Source of the DNA: Lingula anatina
Taxonomy: Eukaryota; Animalia; Brachiopoda
NCBI GenBank assembly: GCA_051362555.1
Contig: CM120640.1
Span: 31,081,967 to 31,145,966, forward strand
Length of the DNA stretch: 64,000 bases
Direction: 5' to 3'
Under the pieces are notes generated by a model that saw only the letters and a list, made by a program, of their open reading frames with translations, searched no databases and had not been told where the DNA came from. This document shows positions 50,662-63,630 of the stretch, piece by piece. Numbering within the stretch: the stretch's first letter is position 1; each line of letters starts with the position of its first letter. The position numbers were made by a program, and so were the translations under genes.

Positions 50662-51363
50662 ATGTACCTTAATTATTGGAGTGGATTCCCGCGGACCACA
50701 GAACGCTTCTGCAGTTGGTTACAATGCTTCACTGAAAAAGACGGTGGGGAAAAATCTCCAAATATGGTGCAAAATATATGTCATTACATCAGATCTAGAC
50801 CCGTAAGAGCCAAACTAACATTAAATAATAGAAAGCTAATGACATATTTTCATATCTAATGGCTCTTCAAGTTGGCGAGACTGGACTACTGCACTAGCTA
50901 TCAATGTGATGAAACTTGTGAACTAAGATACTTGACAATCTTGTGCATTCACCTGGTTATACACTGCAACATTTTGCCATATACTAGTATATATATGTCA
51001 GATGCCTTTTCCTTGGGCCTACATTTACACACGTAGATATAATTTTCGACGTAAGCTCGCTCATCACGAGAACCACATTTTCACACTGGATTATGTATGG
51101 TGTTGCTGTTGAAATAAGTCGGTTATGGTTCATGCAAAGCAAGCACAGATTTGTTAACTTTTAGTACATTTTCCGGGCAAACTAAAATGTGTAAAGTATT
51201 AAAGATATTATGCACATGTTTGCAAACCCCCACATTTATATCCTGCAAGACTTTTAATTATTCCCAAATCAGACCTAAAAAACGATGAAACACCTTAACA
51301 TAAAGGTTTTCTAAAGTGTACATACACCAACTGTCGTCATTATCTTCTAAGCCTAATCAGCTG

Positions 51364-51534
51364 CAGGCCCGTAGCCAGCAATTTTTAAAAGGGGGGTTCT
51401 TTTTTCTTAAAAAGTGGACCTTTTCCCATAAAAACTTAATGTACCTAGATCAAATTTTACCCAGAGTGGACCTTTTCCCAGCAAAAGGGGCAGTTCTTTC
51501 GAACCCCCCCGAATCCCCCCTGGCTACGGGCCTG
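51364..51534. mobile_element. hAT-like MITE
   Basis: Perfect 15-bp TIR caggcccgtagccag / ctggctacgggcctg; internal agtggacctttt(t)ccca duplicated; target duplication imperfect. Confidence 0.85.
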
Positions 51535-52309
51535 AGCTAGCTGCCGACTCGTGCAGCCCGCAACGTTTATATAACAAACGACACAGGGCCGCGATACCGC
51601 CCCTTTTTCTTGTGTGAAAACGAGGCCATGTTCGGTTAAACAGGTGATGGCAGATGTCGTTCTATTTGACTGGCCAGTCTTTTAAAAGTTGAGTATTAAT
51701 CAAGGCAGCAAAAATGATGCACAGAATGCTGGGAGATTATTTTGTCAATTTGATGCAATGCTGTAACAATGCTTTAAGGTGAACAATGCAGATTAGACCC
51801 TTAAATTGCAAAAAATTAATTTCCCATATTGGCCAAAAAATACCCTATCTAAAACCATTGAGAAAGAGAAAAATCCAATGATCCGTTGTTGAGTTCTATT
51901 TTCGTAATTTGATCGACTCTTCTGGGCTTCTTTCTCCACATACGGCCTGCAAAACGCACATTCCTTGCGAAGTTTCGCAAGTTTCTTGTGAATGAAACAC
52001 CGTGTAACAGATGAGGTCTCAATGTTACTATTAGGCGCCAAAATGGAGACGCGAGAAAGGTCTGACGAGCAAGGTATTCTGTAATGTGTCCCTCAATATC
52101 GTTTCAAACCATTTCCATTGTAACGTGACATAGAGTCCCCAATAACAGAGTCCGCTTCCCATTCGTTAGTACAGGTGAGCCTCACCCTAGATTTTGACCC
52201 ACTTAGGTCAAACTAACCCTAACCATTATAACTATATGGAGGGCGGACTTTCTGTTACACGGACCCTCAGTTTCGTTACAATTGGTTTAATAGGAAGATC
52301 ATCACCAAT

Positions 52310-53503
52310 ATCATCATCATGCCTAAAGTGCCCCACAATTGGACAAAGGTCTTAGGATGATTAGTCCAATTTTTTTCAGTACTCGTCTTATTCACCCGTC
52401 CATTTCTTACAGATATGAGGTTTCCCATGTCCATGTATCACTTATGTCAGCCTTATTGTCCACCTGCCATCCTTTATTTTACTGACATGTCCTGCCCATT
52501 TCCATGTTATTTCCTTACCTGTTAGCAGCATATCCTTCACCTTGTTCTGTTCTCATATCCACTTAATGGTCTTCCTACAGTAACTCTTACCCCGATGTTC
52601 AACATACTGCTTTCCTCTTCCTGTGCTATTTGTAGCTTTTGTTCCATGGATGCAATCATTACCTCCGCCAAGGAGGTTATGTTTTCACCCCTGTTTGTTT
52701 GTTTATCTGTCTGTCATCAACATAACTCAAAAAAAGTTATGGACCGAAATGGGATAACTTAGAAGTGGTTAGTTTTTGGTGGTGATCAAGATCAATAATC
52801 AATCAATAATCAAAAATAACTCAAAAAGTTATGGCCCGCTTGTGATGAAATTTTCAGGAACTGTCACAAGTGGGCCAAGGAACAGATGATTGTTTTTTGG
52901 TGGTGATCTGGATCAATAATCAATCAATAATCAAAAATAAAAAACTAAATCGTTGTAGAATGAAAATTTAGGGGTGAAACGGCTTTGGGTGGAGACTTTG
53001 CTGCCTTGGCGGAGGTCTGCGCTGTCGGAGTGCTTTTCTAGTTGTTAATGTTTCTGCACCATGGGCGATAGCTGGCAATACACCTGCATTGAACACTTTA
53101 CTTTTCAGACGAGTAAGGGGGTACTCTTGAATCTGTCCTTGCCCTTAGAAATAGCCTTCCATCCAGCATGTATTCTTCTTTGAATATCTTCTCCCAGTCC
53201 TGTATTGAGGCTGAATCTTTTCCCAAGATAAACAAGTCTTCTACTGCTTCCATCTCCTTGTTGTTTACCTTTATTGTCCATGGGATAGTTAGTGGTCCAC
53301 ACATTACCTTTTCTTGCTGCTTTTCATTTTAACCCACACCTGAAGCTTTCATCCGCAAGGTTGTGATGTATTTTCTGAGGTTTGTATGCACCATCTGTTA
53401 CCACTACCGGTATGTTGACATCTGCAAACTTCAGGTGGTAGTCTGTCACCAATGCTGCTGTGAACAATTCAGGACATATTGTATCTAATTGACTAACACC
53501 CTT
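52310..53503 (-). pseudogene. Old, 5'-truncated RTE LINE related to the 35343 element, interrupted by a HINE
   Basis: tcatcatcat tail, then gacatgtcctgccc, gttagtggtccacacatt, tctgcaaacttcaggtg, caatgctgctgtgaaca collinear with 35343-36270 but heavily mutated. Confidence 0.85.
52659..53041 (+). mobile_element. Helentron/HINE-like element, family A, inserted in the old RTE
   Basis: ttacctccgccaaggaggttatgttttcacccctgtttgtttg ... ccttggcggaggtctgcgctgtcggagtgcttttctag|t; RTE homology resumes directly after with no target duplication seen. Confidence 0.88.
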
Positions 53504-54147
53504 GCTTCGGGATACCCCGGAGAGACCTCTTTACCACCTATATATCGTTTCTCTTTCTCCTTATCCTGAGCACTCACGATCACCGTTTAAAACTAATTTA
53601 ATGACAACATTCAGTACTCCAAAACCCTGCTAGCGATTTTTCTTGAAAGTTTTAGTGCAGATTTTATCGTTGATAAAGCAAAATAATGCTTTTGTTTAAT
53701 GAAAATCTGTCATAAGGAGCTCATATCTCCATAACAAAAACATTTCAACCAAAACGGCGGCACGGGATTGTAGCCCGTAGTCAACTTTGCCAATGTTCGT
53801 GATAAAATCTTGTTCAGGGATGAAGTTACTCCCCAGGCCAATTGCTATCTCGCCCGAAATAGACGATTAAAGCTTTGAGTTGCCTATGCTTTATCATTGC
53901 ATATAACCGCCGATATTTTATTTTTTGAGCATGCTTAATTGTTTTAAATCAGCACAAAGATAAATGCATTATTGAATAATTAGATGCAGGAAAAACCTCA
54001 TTTTCTGTATCCGGATGATAATAAAGGGTTACAAATGTACAACAGCCTTAAGAACATAAGAGCATAACTCAACTGACTGACAAGCCAATGCAACATAATG
54101 GTCGACTAAAAAAACATCAATAATAATAAACATGCAAAATTATTTTG

Positions 54148-54920
54148 GGTATCAGGACAATTCCCCCTAGGACAATTCCCCCCCGGGCGCTCCCCCCCCC
54201 CCGAAGAATATATTTTTATATAGAAATATAAAGTAAAGAGTACAAAGTTTATTTTTTTCACCCATTTTCTAAATATTCCGTAGTGTGATGATGCAACTCA
54301 AGGATAGATAATATTAATTTCATTAAACAAATCATTTTCGTGGAGAACAAGTACAGAAAATTTTAGGGATACAAGTACAGAACATTTTATTAAAAAATCT
54401 GATCAAACTATATCTCCAGGTAAAGGTGGGGTAAACAGCGGATGGCACACATCCAGGTAACCCTTTGATGAATTTTCTGTTACTATTAATTGCTCTATTA
54501 CTCCTCCCTTGATTGAATAAGTCTTGAATCAAGGTGCATCTCTAGGTTGAGGTGGGGTAAACAGATTTTCTCGCTTATCCATGTATCCCTTTGATTATTT
54601 GTCACTTTCAATTGCTTGACCTCTACCCACTACCCACCACACTAAAAATATTCATAAAATATCTGTTTACCTCTTCATCTGTTTACCCTACCTTTACCTG
54701 AAGAACAGGTGGTTATACTTTAATATTTAGATATTTAGATACTTAGATATTTAATAAAACTTTCTGTACTTGTACTCGGTGAAAAAGGAATTTGTTATAA
54801 AATAATATGTTTCATGATGAAGACGTATTATCACATTTAAATATTAATAAAACGGATGGAATGTTTTAAACTTTACACTTTTTACTTTATATTTGTATTT
54901 GTCCGGGGGAATTATACTAG
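54148..54920. mobile_element. Long-TIR (foldback-like) non-autonomous DNA element
   Basis: Left arm gggtatcaggacaattccccc...caagtacagaaa...aggtaaaggtggggtaaacag is mirrored by ctgtttaccctacctttacctg...tttctgtacttg...gtccgggggaatt; related arm at 34190-34576. Confidence 0.7.
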
Positions 54921-55438
54921 AATAATTATTTTTGCTTCACTTGTGTTTAGACTAATACACAACAATATTCATAAATTTAAGTAAAATAACTTAAATGACT
55001 GTGCCATTTTAGAATAAAAGAGAGAGACCCTCCCACCTGTTGTTGCACTCACAACCCAAAATCAATGACCCGCTAATTCTCCAACGAATGACCCGTGAAT
55101 TCTCGCTTAGTACCAAAAATAGTTCAGACTGAAGCCACACTTCACACTGCAGATTCATTTAACAAAAACATACATATATACATATAGACTTCAGAATTAT
55201 TCTGAACATCGGGAGGTTCAAGTTGCAGAGATAAGTCTGCAAAACTTAACTTATATAGCAAATAAGAAATACATAAATAATTATACTGCAACTAATAAAG
55301 AGCGTTTTATTTCGTCTTAATGTTCAATTTCACTTTCCTTTCATCCATTATTCTATATAATTATAACCATAATCTCCCCCTACTCTATAATATTATAATT
55401 TTTATGCCAGTTTGACTTTTCTAACACTTCCAAGAATA

Positions 55439-55586
55439 CCGGTGTCATGTACCAGAGAGTCCCCCATGACAGAGATTCCTGGACCCGTTATTTCCGAAAC
55501 CAGGGGTCCTATCATGTTAATTGGTTAAAATATACAGGGTCGCCTGGACCCTGTACTTAACCGGACCCAACATTTCATGACGCCGG
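55439..55586. mobile_element. Small MITE
   Basis: TIR ccggtgtcatg / catgacgccgg with internal cctggaccc repeats. Confidence 0.6.
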
Positions 55587-55658
55587 ACTGCATGAGTATT
55601 ACGCTCTCTCTCCAACATGCGCTGAAACCGAGATAACCGCCGATCGTTGTCTGCGATT

Positions 55659-55777
55659 AAACTTTGGTTTGTGACATGATTTTCTGTATCACTTTACGCA
55701 TTGCATTAGGGGTATAGGATTAACCTTTGGTTTGTGACACGATTTTCTGTATCACTTTACGCATTGCGTTATAGGGG
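55659..55777. repeat. ~63 bp tandem duplication
   Basis: ctttggtttgtgaca(t/c)gattttctgtatcactttacgcattgc occurs twice. Confidence 0.9.
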
Positions 55778-55906
55778 TCACACTTAAATTGCTAGGGGAG
55801 TATAAATCGTATAGACACGTCAGAGGGTTCAGAACATGGAAATATATCTATGTGAAGATTAAGCACACACACCTACACACTACAACAATCTGCTAAGCTA
55901 CCGATT

Positions 55907-56121
55907 GGCTCTGTTCTCACAACTTTTAGATCGATCTATCACCGCGGGGAGTCTCACTAGATTACTGTCAGATAATCCCCCTTAAGTGTCCGTCCCCGCC
56001 TACTACAAGCTTTAAGGGGTAATTAACTTTCGTGTCCGCCCGGCTGACAGCTATTTAGCGTGAACCCCCAGGGAGTTAGGTCGATCCAATGTAGGTCGAT
56101 CTAATCTATGAGAATGGGGTG
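55907..56121. mobile_element. MITE, inverted copy of 33901-34098
   Basis: ggggagtctcactagattactgtcaga, cgcctactacaagct, gctgacagctatttagc, aacccccagggagttaggtcgatc are reverse complements of the 33901 copy. Confidence 0.85.
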
Positions 56122-58699
56122 ATTGATGCAGAATATAGGCCACTTTGGCAATTTTGCTGCAATAATCAATAATGCTTTTTCAAGCACAGTCAATCAACAT
56201 TAAATTTTAATCGTGCACAACAGGTAAGATGGTCAATTAGATTACAGTTTCAGGACCATGAGAGTTCAAATTCACATAATGAAAATCCCAATATGTGAAA
56301 AATTATGACAGTGCAAAAATAATATTACATAATGCTTAAACGGCATTAACACCAATATTATAGCTTATGTGGAAATACAGAAAATGTTCAGAGCTGCAGG
56401 TGGATGGGAGCTAGGTCACATTTGAAAATGCCTTTGAAAAATAAGAAAAGAAAAATTAAAAAAAGAAAACATAAAAAAAAATTCAATAATGCTGCTATTC
56501 AAACTTTTAATCCAACTGTATTAAAAATATTCACCAAAATTTTCACCACCAAACTTTCAAATAATAACAAAATGTACATCTCTGTGCAAACTATGTAGAA
56601 AACAATGGTATGTTGACTGAATATAAAATAGGTCCTTTTCTTTATGGGAATCCAAATCTCATGGGTATAAAAATGAAGATTTTCATGATTTATTTTTCAT
56701 TCTTTCATTCACTATTTTATCATCAAACTTTTAAATATTTCCAATATATTTTTCATAAAGTATCCTTATAGAAAAGATGTCAGAATGATCATCAAATATC
56801 AAATAAATAGCTTTTTCATAGGGGAGTTATTGGGTGATAAAATGCACATTTTTAATTTTCTATTTTTCATGTTTTTTTTAGTTTTTTCACCCAATAGTTT
56901 ACCATCAAACTTTCAAATATTTCCAATATAATCTTCATAAAGTAAATTTAAAGGAAAGATGTAGAAATGATCATCCAATATCAAATTAATAGCTTTTTCA
57001 AAGGGGAGACAATGGCCGTTAAGTGCACATTTGTAATTTTCATATTTTTTTCATGAAAATATTCACCTGCAAACTTTAAAAAAAAGTGCCAAAGTATCCT
57101 CCATTTTACATACTACAATATCACAGTCATATACTCAAATAAAATAAGATTTATGAACATTTGTGGTGGGGAAGTCAAATTTTCATGGGGAGTCAGATTT
57201 TCATTATGAAGTTCTGACTCCCCAGTCAGATTTTCATGTTACACCAGTCCCTTGCTCCCTTTACCTCCACCTGGGTGCATGAGTATACACTGTGTTTAGA
57301 AAATGCAGAAAAACGTTTTTTTTTTTTTCTCAAAATGGAAAGTTTTGCAAAGGTAGCGCAGTCTATCAGGTATGTAATAATGACAGATTTAAACTGATAT
57401 CTGCATATCAGGTGACCAAGGTGACCGATTACTCATAAATAATAATTTCTCCAGGTCTTGAATATTTCACAGGCAGATTTCATTGACCATACTGATAGTC
57501 ATAGCACACATGATATTGCTTGTGTAAAACATTTTATAGCAAAGCTATTTGAGGTAACATGGACTTATTTATCCCATGTGGAAGTAAAATTATCAAGCGA
57601 CCGGGCCTCAGAGGCCCGGTTTCCAGGAAATGGGACTAACTTTTGGAAAAGTTAATTTCTACATATGTTGTAAATTATTTCAAAACTAATTATTTATCCA
57701 TTGATGGGGTATAAGTTGCTTGAAGATTACATGAAAGGAACAGGCTCAAAACCTCATGCGAACGAAGAGAGAGAAAAAGATACATGGGTCCGGGCCTGCG
57801 AGGCCCCTGAAAGGTGATTGAGGGTTAACATGATATGAATAACCCCACTGAGTTTTGAGGATAATAAAGCACTGTTATTTATCTGTATCATTAATGTTGA
57901 CATTACACAAAAAAAGTTTTTTCTCCTGTAAACTTGCTTGCAAAATGAAACAACATTTACCTGCATAATTATCACTGATTATTAATTATGTGACACAATT
58001 TAGGCTTTCACAAACTTTATCTGGCACAGAGCTTAACCTACATTGTACTGTAGTGGTCTAGGAAGAGAAACGTAATGGAGCCGCGGGAGCTGGCAGAGCT
58101 GTACAAGATGAGATGCTGGTGGTACTATTAAGCTAATAAATAGGCTTCACAAAATAACTTATTATATCGTAATTTCTATATTTGTTATTATCAAAGATTC
58201 TAATAATAGTTGAGAAGCCCCTTGACGTAAAATCCCTTTGGGGTCACACACAACACTATAAATACAATGGGAATCCCCTTATAATGAAGGCAAAATAAAA
58301 GTTATTGTAAGCAAAGTGGAATGGATTTACCTTTTAATACATACAACCAACAGACTTTCTCAAAACAACACCAGAAAGCAAATTAAACTAAGCAGTAAAG
58401 AAAGGAAGGCATTGTCAATTTCAGCATTTATTTATTTCAAACAGTGAGATTTTTTATCCTGTGTACAAGCATGGTAATTGTACTCTAGGCTTAAGCAATA
58501 TTGATCTTCTATAACTGAAAAATCATTATAAGTTTATGACAAGGCAGCAAAGCTGTCAAATGTACAGACAAAAAACAGAAAATAAAGATGCAAAATAGGT
58601 CATTTTGTCAATTTTGATGCAATAATAAATAATGCTTATAATAGCACTGTCAGTCAACACTGAATTTTAATCTTGCACAACAGGTAACATGGTCAATAA

Positions 58700-58851
58700 C
58701 AGGAGCGGACCCAGAGATATTTTCTGACAGTATTACAAAGTATCTATGTTGGTCCATCCTCCATTTTGATGGTCTTCCAACAGAAAAAAATAGATACCAG
58801 TCAATATAAACTTGACTGTCTTCAGGAAGACCCAGAAGATGGTCCACCCCT
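58700..58851. mobile_element. hAT-like MITE with target duplication
   Basis: caggagcggaccca...ggtccacccct flanked by tcaataa on both sides; the paralogous empty site ggtcaattagattacagtttcaggaccatgagag is at ~56231. Confidence 0.7.
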
Positions 58852-59086
58852 TCAATAAAATTACAGTTTCAGGACCATGAGAGTTCAAATTCACATTATG
58901 AAACTCTCAATATTTGAAAAATGATGACAGTGCATAAAATAATATTACATAATGTTTAAAGACATAAAAAACAATACAACTGCTTATGTGGAAATACAGA
59001 AAATGTGCAGAGCCCCAGGCAGATGAGAGTTAAAAGTCACAAATGCAAGTGTTTGAGAAAAATTTATAAAGGAAAACATAACAAAG

Positions 59087-59320
59087 CTAGAAAAGCACTT
59101 TGAGAGCGCAGACCTCTGCCAAGGCAGCAATTGTTGATTATTATTGATAATTGATTGATTATTGTTCCAGACCACCACCAAAAATTAATCATTGTCCTCT
59201 TTGGCCCACTTCTGACAGTTCCTGAAAATTTGTGCAAAATCAGTCCATAACTTTTTGTGTTATGTGGATGACAGACAAACGGGGGTGAAAATATGACCTC
59301 CTTGGCAGAGCTTGAGGTAA
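59087..59320 (-). mobile_element. Helentron/HINE-like element, family A (short copy, one internal repeat)
   Basis: ctagaaaagcactttgagagcgcagacctctgccaaggcagc ... ggggtgaaaatatgacctccttggcagag, matching 44946-45356. Confidence 0.85.
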
Positions 59321-59366
59321 ATATAATTCCAATGAAGATGCTATTCAAACTTTTAATCTTCCAGTT

Positions 59367-59368
<2 letters not shown>

Positions 59369-59416
<48 letters not shown>
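59369..59416. repeat. (AT)n microsatellite
   Basis: about 23 AT units. Confidence 0.95.
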
Positions 59417-59420
<4 letters not shown>

Positions 59421-62150
59421 TAAAACTTATTTGCAATATTAAACAAAATTTACCTGCATAATTATCACTGCTTCCTTATTATTAATCTAGCAGAGAGCTT
59501 TACCTTTGGGAGTTTACAGGGAAATATCAACAAGTGTGCTTTATGTAATCTCATTTAATGGCCTATTAAGGCAAATGACTTTATAACTCTGAAATTAATC
59601 TAGTGATACCCAAGGGTAATTTACAGACTGACCCACTCAAAGGTCTTTAGGCCCATAAGTCACACTTTAAGAAAAGCACAAAACCATAATGCCCAAAATA
59701 GGAGACTACCAATCCTGATGCAATAATACATTATGTTTAACTGCACAGTCAACATCAACTTATGCACAACAGGTAACACAGACGAAATTAAAAGCATAAG
59801 GCTTCAGGCCCATCGGAGTTCAAGTTTATACTTAGAAAGTGCCAGAATGAGAAAAATGAAAATTTCACAAAAAATGCATAAATTCAATAAAAATGATAAT
59901 CCAATAGAGCTGGTTTTCTCATATGAGCTGAAGGCCAATCCTAAAAATCGTACTTGTAAGTTAAAAATGATAATAAGTAGCACAGTTTTCTTTTCATAAT
60001 GTTTGCAGTAGCAGTGCAAAAAGATTGTTGTCAATTTTGATGTAACATTACATAATAAATTAGAGAATAATTATTACCAATTTTTGTTTATTGACTATAA
60101 ATAGGATGGACATGTAGAAAATATGATTACCATTCGGCTTCATGTCCATGGGAGCTCTGAGTCCCACAATAAATATGCAAAAAAGATAATGAATATTACA
60201 CTAAAATGTATAGCTTCCAGAAAAAGAAGCCAATTAGACTGCTTTTCCAACTCAGGCTGCATTTTAGTCCTGTGTTTCTTTTTTGAAAGTTTGACAGTCA
60301 TAAGTAACACAGTTTTCCCATAATGGTCATCAAGGCAGCAGCACCCAAAATTGTGTTTTCTTCTATTTTGATGCAACATTACATAATGCTTAACGGCATA
60401 ATGACCATCGATTTTTAATAATAAAATATAAGTGTCATGAATTTTCAGAAAATGTGACTAGCATGGGCCTTCAAGCCCGTGGAGGTTCTAAGTCACACCT
60501 TGGAAATGCCAATATGTGAAAAATTACATTTTCACAAAAAACTGTTTAATTGCCAGAAAAATTTACCAAACAGACTGCATTGTCTACTGAAGCTGTATTT
60601 TAGACCCATGTTTCTTTCCTGTAAGTTTGAGAACAGTAATTGACATGATTTTCCTTAAATGGTCATCATGGGAGCAGTGCCCAAAATAGGGGTTTCTTCA
60701 AATTTTGATGCCACATTACATAATGTTTTGCAGCATAATGACCATCAATTTTTAATTATAAAATATTAGTATCATGGTTATTCAGAAAATGTGTCTAGCA
60801 AAAGTCTTCAGGCCCATGGAACTTTAAAGTCACATATTGAAAATGCCAAAATGTAAACAAGACAGCACTGTTCTGAAATGGGTTTATTTCCATTTTTAAC
60901 ACTATTTTAACATAAAACAAAATAAACAGTTTACTGCCATTTTTATATGACCAATGAAGAAAATTGATGAGATGGGAAAAGTATCAATAGAACAGTGTTA
61001 AATGTCCAACTCTGAGATTCTGAACATAGTGGATGAATGCATCTGACAAACTGCAATGATATGAGTTTATTTCCATTTTTGACACTTTATTACACAATAC
61101 ACAATAACAAGTTTACCATCATTTTTACATAATCAGCTAAAAATGTTGTAAAGATGCAGGAAATATCAAACAAACACTTTTACATTTCTTATTAGTTCAA
61201 TTATGAGACTGTTAACATGCCTAAGAATTGAATCTGTGGAATTGTGAAAAAACAGCATAACTCCTAAAATAATGGCCCGATTATACTGATTTTTGAACTC
61301 AACCTGCGTTTTAGTAAGATTGACCACTCCTGTGAGTATAATTACAATTGGCCAATCCGTTTTTCTTATATTGTGTTATCAGTGTTGCATTTATATTGAA
61401 AATAGTGAAAAAACAGCATAAATTCCCTCAAAATAGCCCAATCATGCTGATTTTCGAACTTGACCTGCGTATTATGAATATTCATCAGTTCTGTAAGTTT
61501 CAAGTCAAAAGGTAAAATGGTTTTCCACTTATTGTGTTATCGGTGCTGCATATGTGCTGAAAAAAGTGAAAAAACTGCATAAATTCCCTAAAAGTGACCC
61601 GATCATGCTGATTTTCGAACTTGACCTGCGTATTATGAATATTCATCAGTTCTGCAAGTTTCAAGTCAAAAGGTAAAATGGTTTTCCACTTATCGTGTTA
61701 TCGGTAAAAGTGCATGGCGACGACGACAGACGCAGATGATGGCTATATGTACAGACACATCTGTGTCTGTACATAAAAAAGTGGCACAAAAACTAGCTAC
61801 TGCATTAAATGTGTAAAAATTTCAAAATAATGATACTCCATAAATCTGATAATACAAACTCACAACATAATTTTACTGACACTCAATACGAGTTGCCTGA
61901 AATGGTAAAAATAAGCAGATTCTTACATATATAGGCATCAACTAAAATAGCGGTAGACCCCACTAAATACGATAGCAATGTACGGACGAAACACCTTAAT
62001 ACAAAACTCAAAATGTACATGTATGAGGAAAACTGGCAGTTGCAAAAATACAAGCAGGTTGAAGAGCATACACATTAAATTCACATAAATCTGACATACA
62101 CATTTACATAAAGAGCTAATGCCTGTTTTGAACAACAGTACTAAATATAA

Positions 62151-63630
62151 CTAGAGGATCAGAGAGGCGATACCGCCTCCGAATATTGTACCACCAGCTG
62201 GAGCAAGCGCATTCGTATAGACCCCCACATACACAAAATAAGGGACATAGCCACCAGTTTTGTGCTTGACAAGCTGTAAAAATGCAATCAACAAGAATTT
62301 TTAAACTATTGCAAAAAAATATATATGGTACAATCAAATTTAAGTTCTTCGTAAGGTAGGTCAAGGGTCAATTTCAAGGTCACAGTAAATTGCCAGTATA
62401 TGACTTCCTATTCAAGTTCAAGAGTAACTATGGACCTATCTCTGTCAAGTTTGAAGTTAAAAGAGAAAGAAATTAGCAGAGTTCAGTTCATGATAAAAAG
62501 TAGGTCAAAGGTCAATTTCAAGGTCACATTTAGATTGCCAGTATATGACTTCCTATTCAAGTTCAATAGTAACTATGGACCTATCTCTGCCAGTTTTGGA
62601 GATAAAAGGGAAGCAAAATTTGCAAAGTTCAGTTTATGGTGAAAAGTAGGTCAAAGGTCAATTTTGAGGTCACATTTAGATTGCCAGTATATGACTTCCT
62701 ATTCAAGTTCAATAGTAACTACGGACCTATCTCAGCCAGTTTTGGAGATAAAAGGAAAGCAAAATTTGCAAAATTCAGTTCATGGTGTAAAGTAGGTCAA
62801 AGGTCAATTTTAAGGTCACATTTAGATTGCCAGTATATGACTTCCTATTCAAGTTCAATAGTAACTATGGACCTATCTCTGCCAGTTTTGGAGATAAAAG
62901 GGAAGCAAATTTTGCAAAGTTCAGTTTATGGTGAAAAGTAGGTCAAAGGTCAATTTTAAGGTCACATTTAGATTGCCAGTATATGACTTCCTATTCAACT
63001 TCAATAGTAACTATGGACCTATCTCTGCCAGTTTTGGAGATAAAAGGGAAGAAAAATTTGCAAAGTTCAGTTCATGGTGAAAAGTAGGTCAAAGGTCACT
63101 TTCAAGGTCATAGTAAGATTGCCAGTATATGACTTCCTATTCAACTTCAATAGTAACTATGGACCTATCTCTGCCAGTTTTGGAGATAAAAGGGAAGAAA
63201 AATTTGCAAAGTTCAGTTCATGGTGAAAAGTAGGTCAAAGGTCACTTTCAAGGTCATAGTAAGATTGCCAGTATATGACTTCCTATTCAACTTCAATAGT
63301 AACTATGGACCTATCTCTGCCAGTTTTGGAGATAAAAGGGAAGAAAAATTTGCAAAGTTCAGTTCATGGTGAAAAGTAGGTCAAAGGTCACTTTCAAGGT
63401 CATAGTAAGATTGCCAGTATATGACTTCCTATTCAACTTCAATAGTAACTATGGACCTATCTCTGCCAGTTTTGGAGATAAAAGGGAAGAAAAATTTGCA
63501 AAGTTCAGTTCATGGTGAAAAGTAGGTCAAAGGTCACTTTCAAGGTCATAGTAAGATTGCCAGTATATGACTTCCTATTCAACTTCAATAGTAACTATGG
63601 ACCTATCTCTGCCAGTTTTGGAGATATAAG
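62151..63630 (-). mobile_element. Helitron/Helentron-like element, family C, carrying a tandem array
   Basis: Minus strand ends hairpin gaggcg-gtat-cgcctc, 9 nt, CTAG|tt (plus: aactagaggatcagagaggcgataccgcctc at 62149-62180), a rolling-circle-type 3' end ~200 bp from the array; other end not found. Confidence 0.65.
62355..63630. repeat. 146 bp tandem repeat, ~8.8 copies
   Basis: taggtcaaaggtca at 62501, 62647, 62793, 62939, 63085, 63231, 63377, 63523, with a diverged first copy at ~62357. Confidence 0.97.

Larger units (their letters stand above)
56130..61780 (-). mobile_element. Large Helentron/HINE-like family B element or cluster with several diverged internal tandem repeats
   Basis: Right end has a 13-bp hairpin tatgtacagacac-atct-gtgtctgtacata (61746-61775) and (gac)n; ~160 bp repeats at 61244/61406/61566; a diverged ~330 bp unit (ttttgatgcaa...ttcaggcccatgg.agtt...aagtcaca) at ~56150, 58610, 59710, 60035, 60365, 60700; ~180 bp repeats at 56500-57100. 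Left boundary uncertain. Confidence 0.6.

Noticed and set aside
33900-56121. Large inverted segmental duplication around the knottin gene (33901 vs 55907; 34190 vs 54148)
   Set aside because: Similarity stops at element boundaries, intervening DNA does not match, and the two RTE copies have the same orientation; independent insertions explain it.
62400-62941. ORFs with repeated KSRSKVNFKVTFRLPVYDFLF
   Set aside because: Translations of a 146 bp repeat whose length is not a multiple of three, so the frame shifts in every unit.
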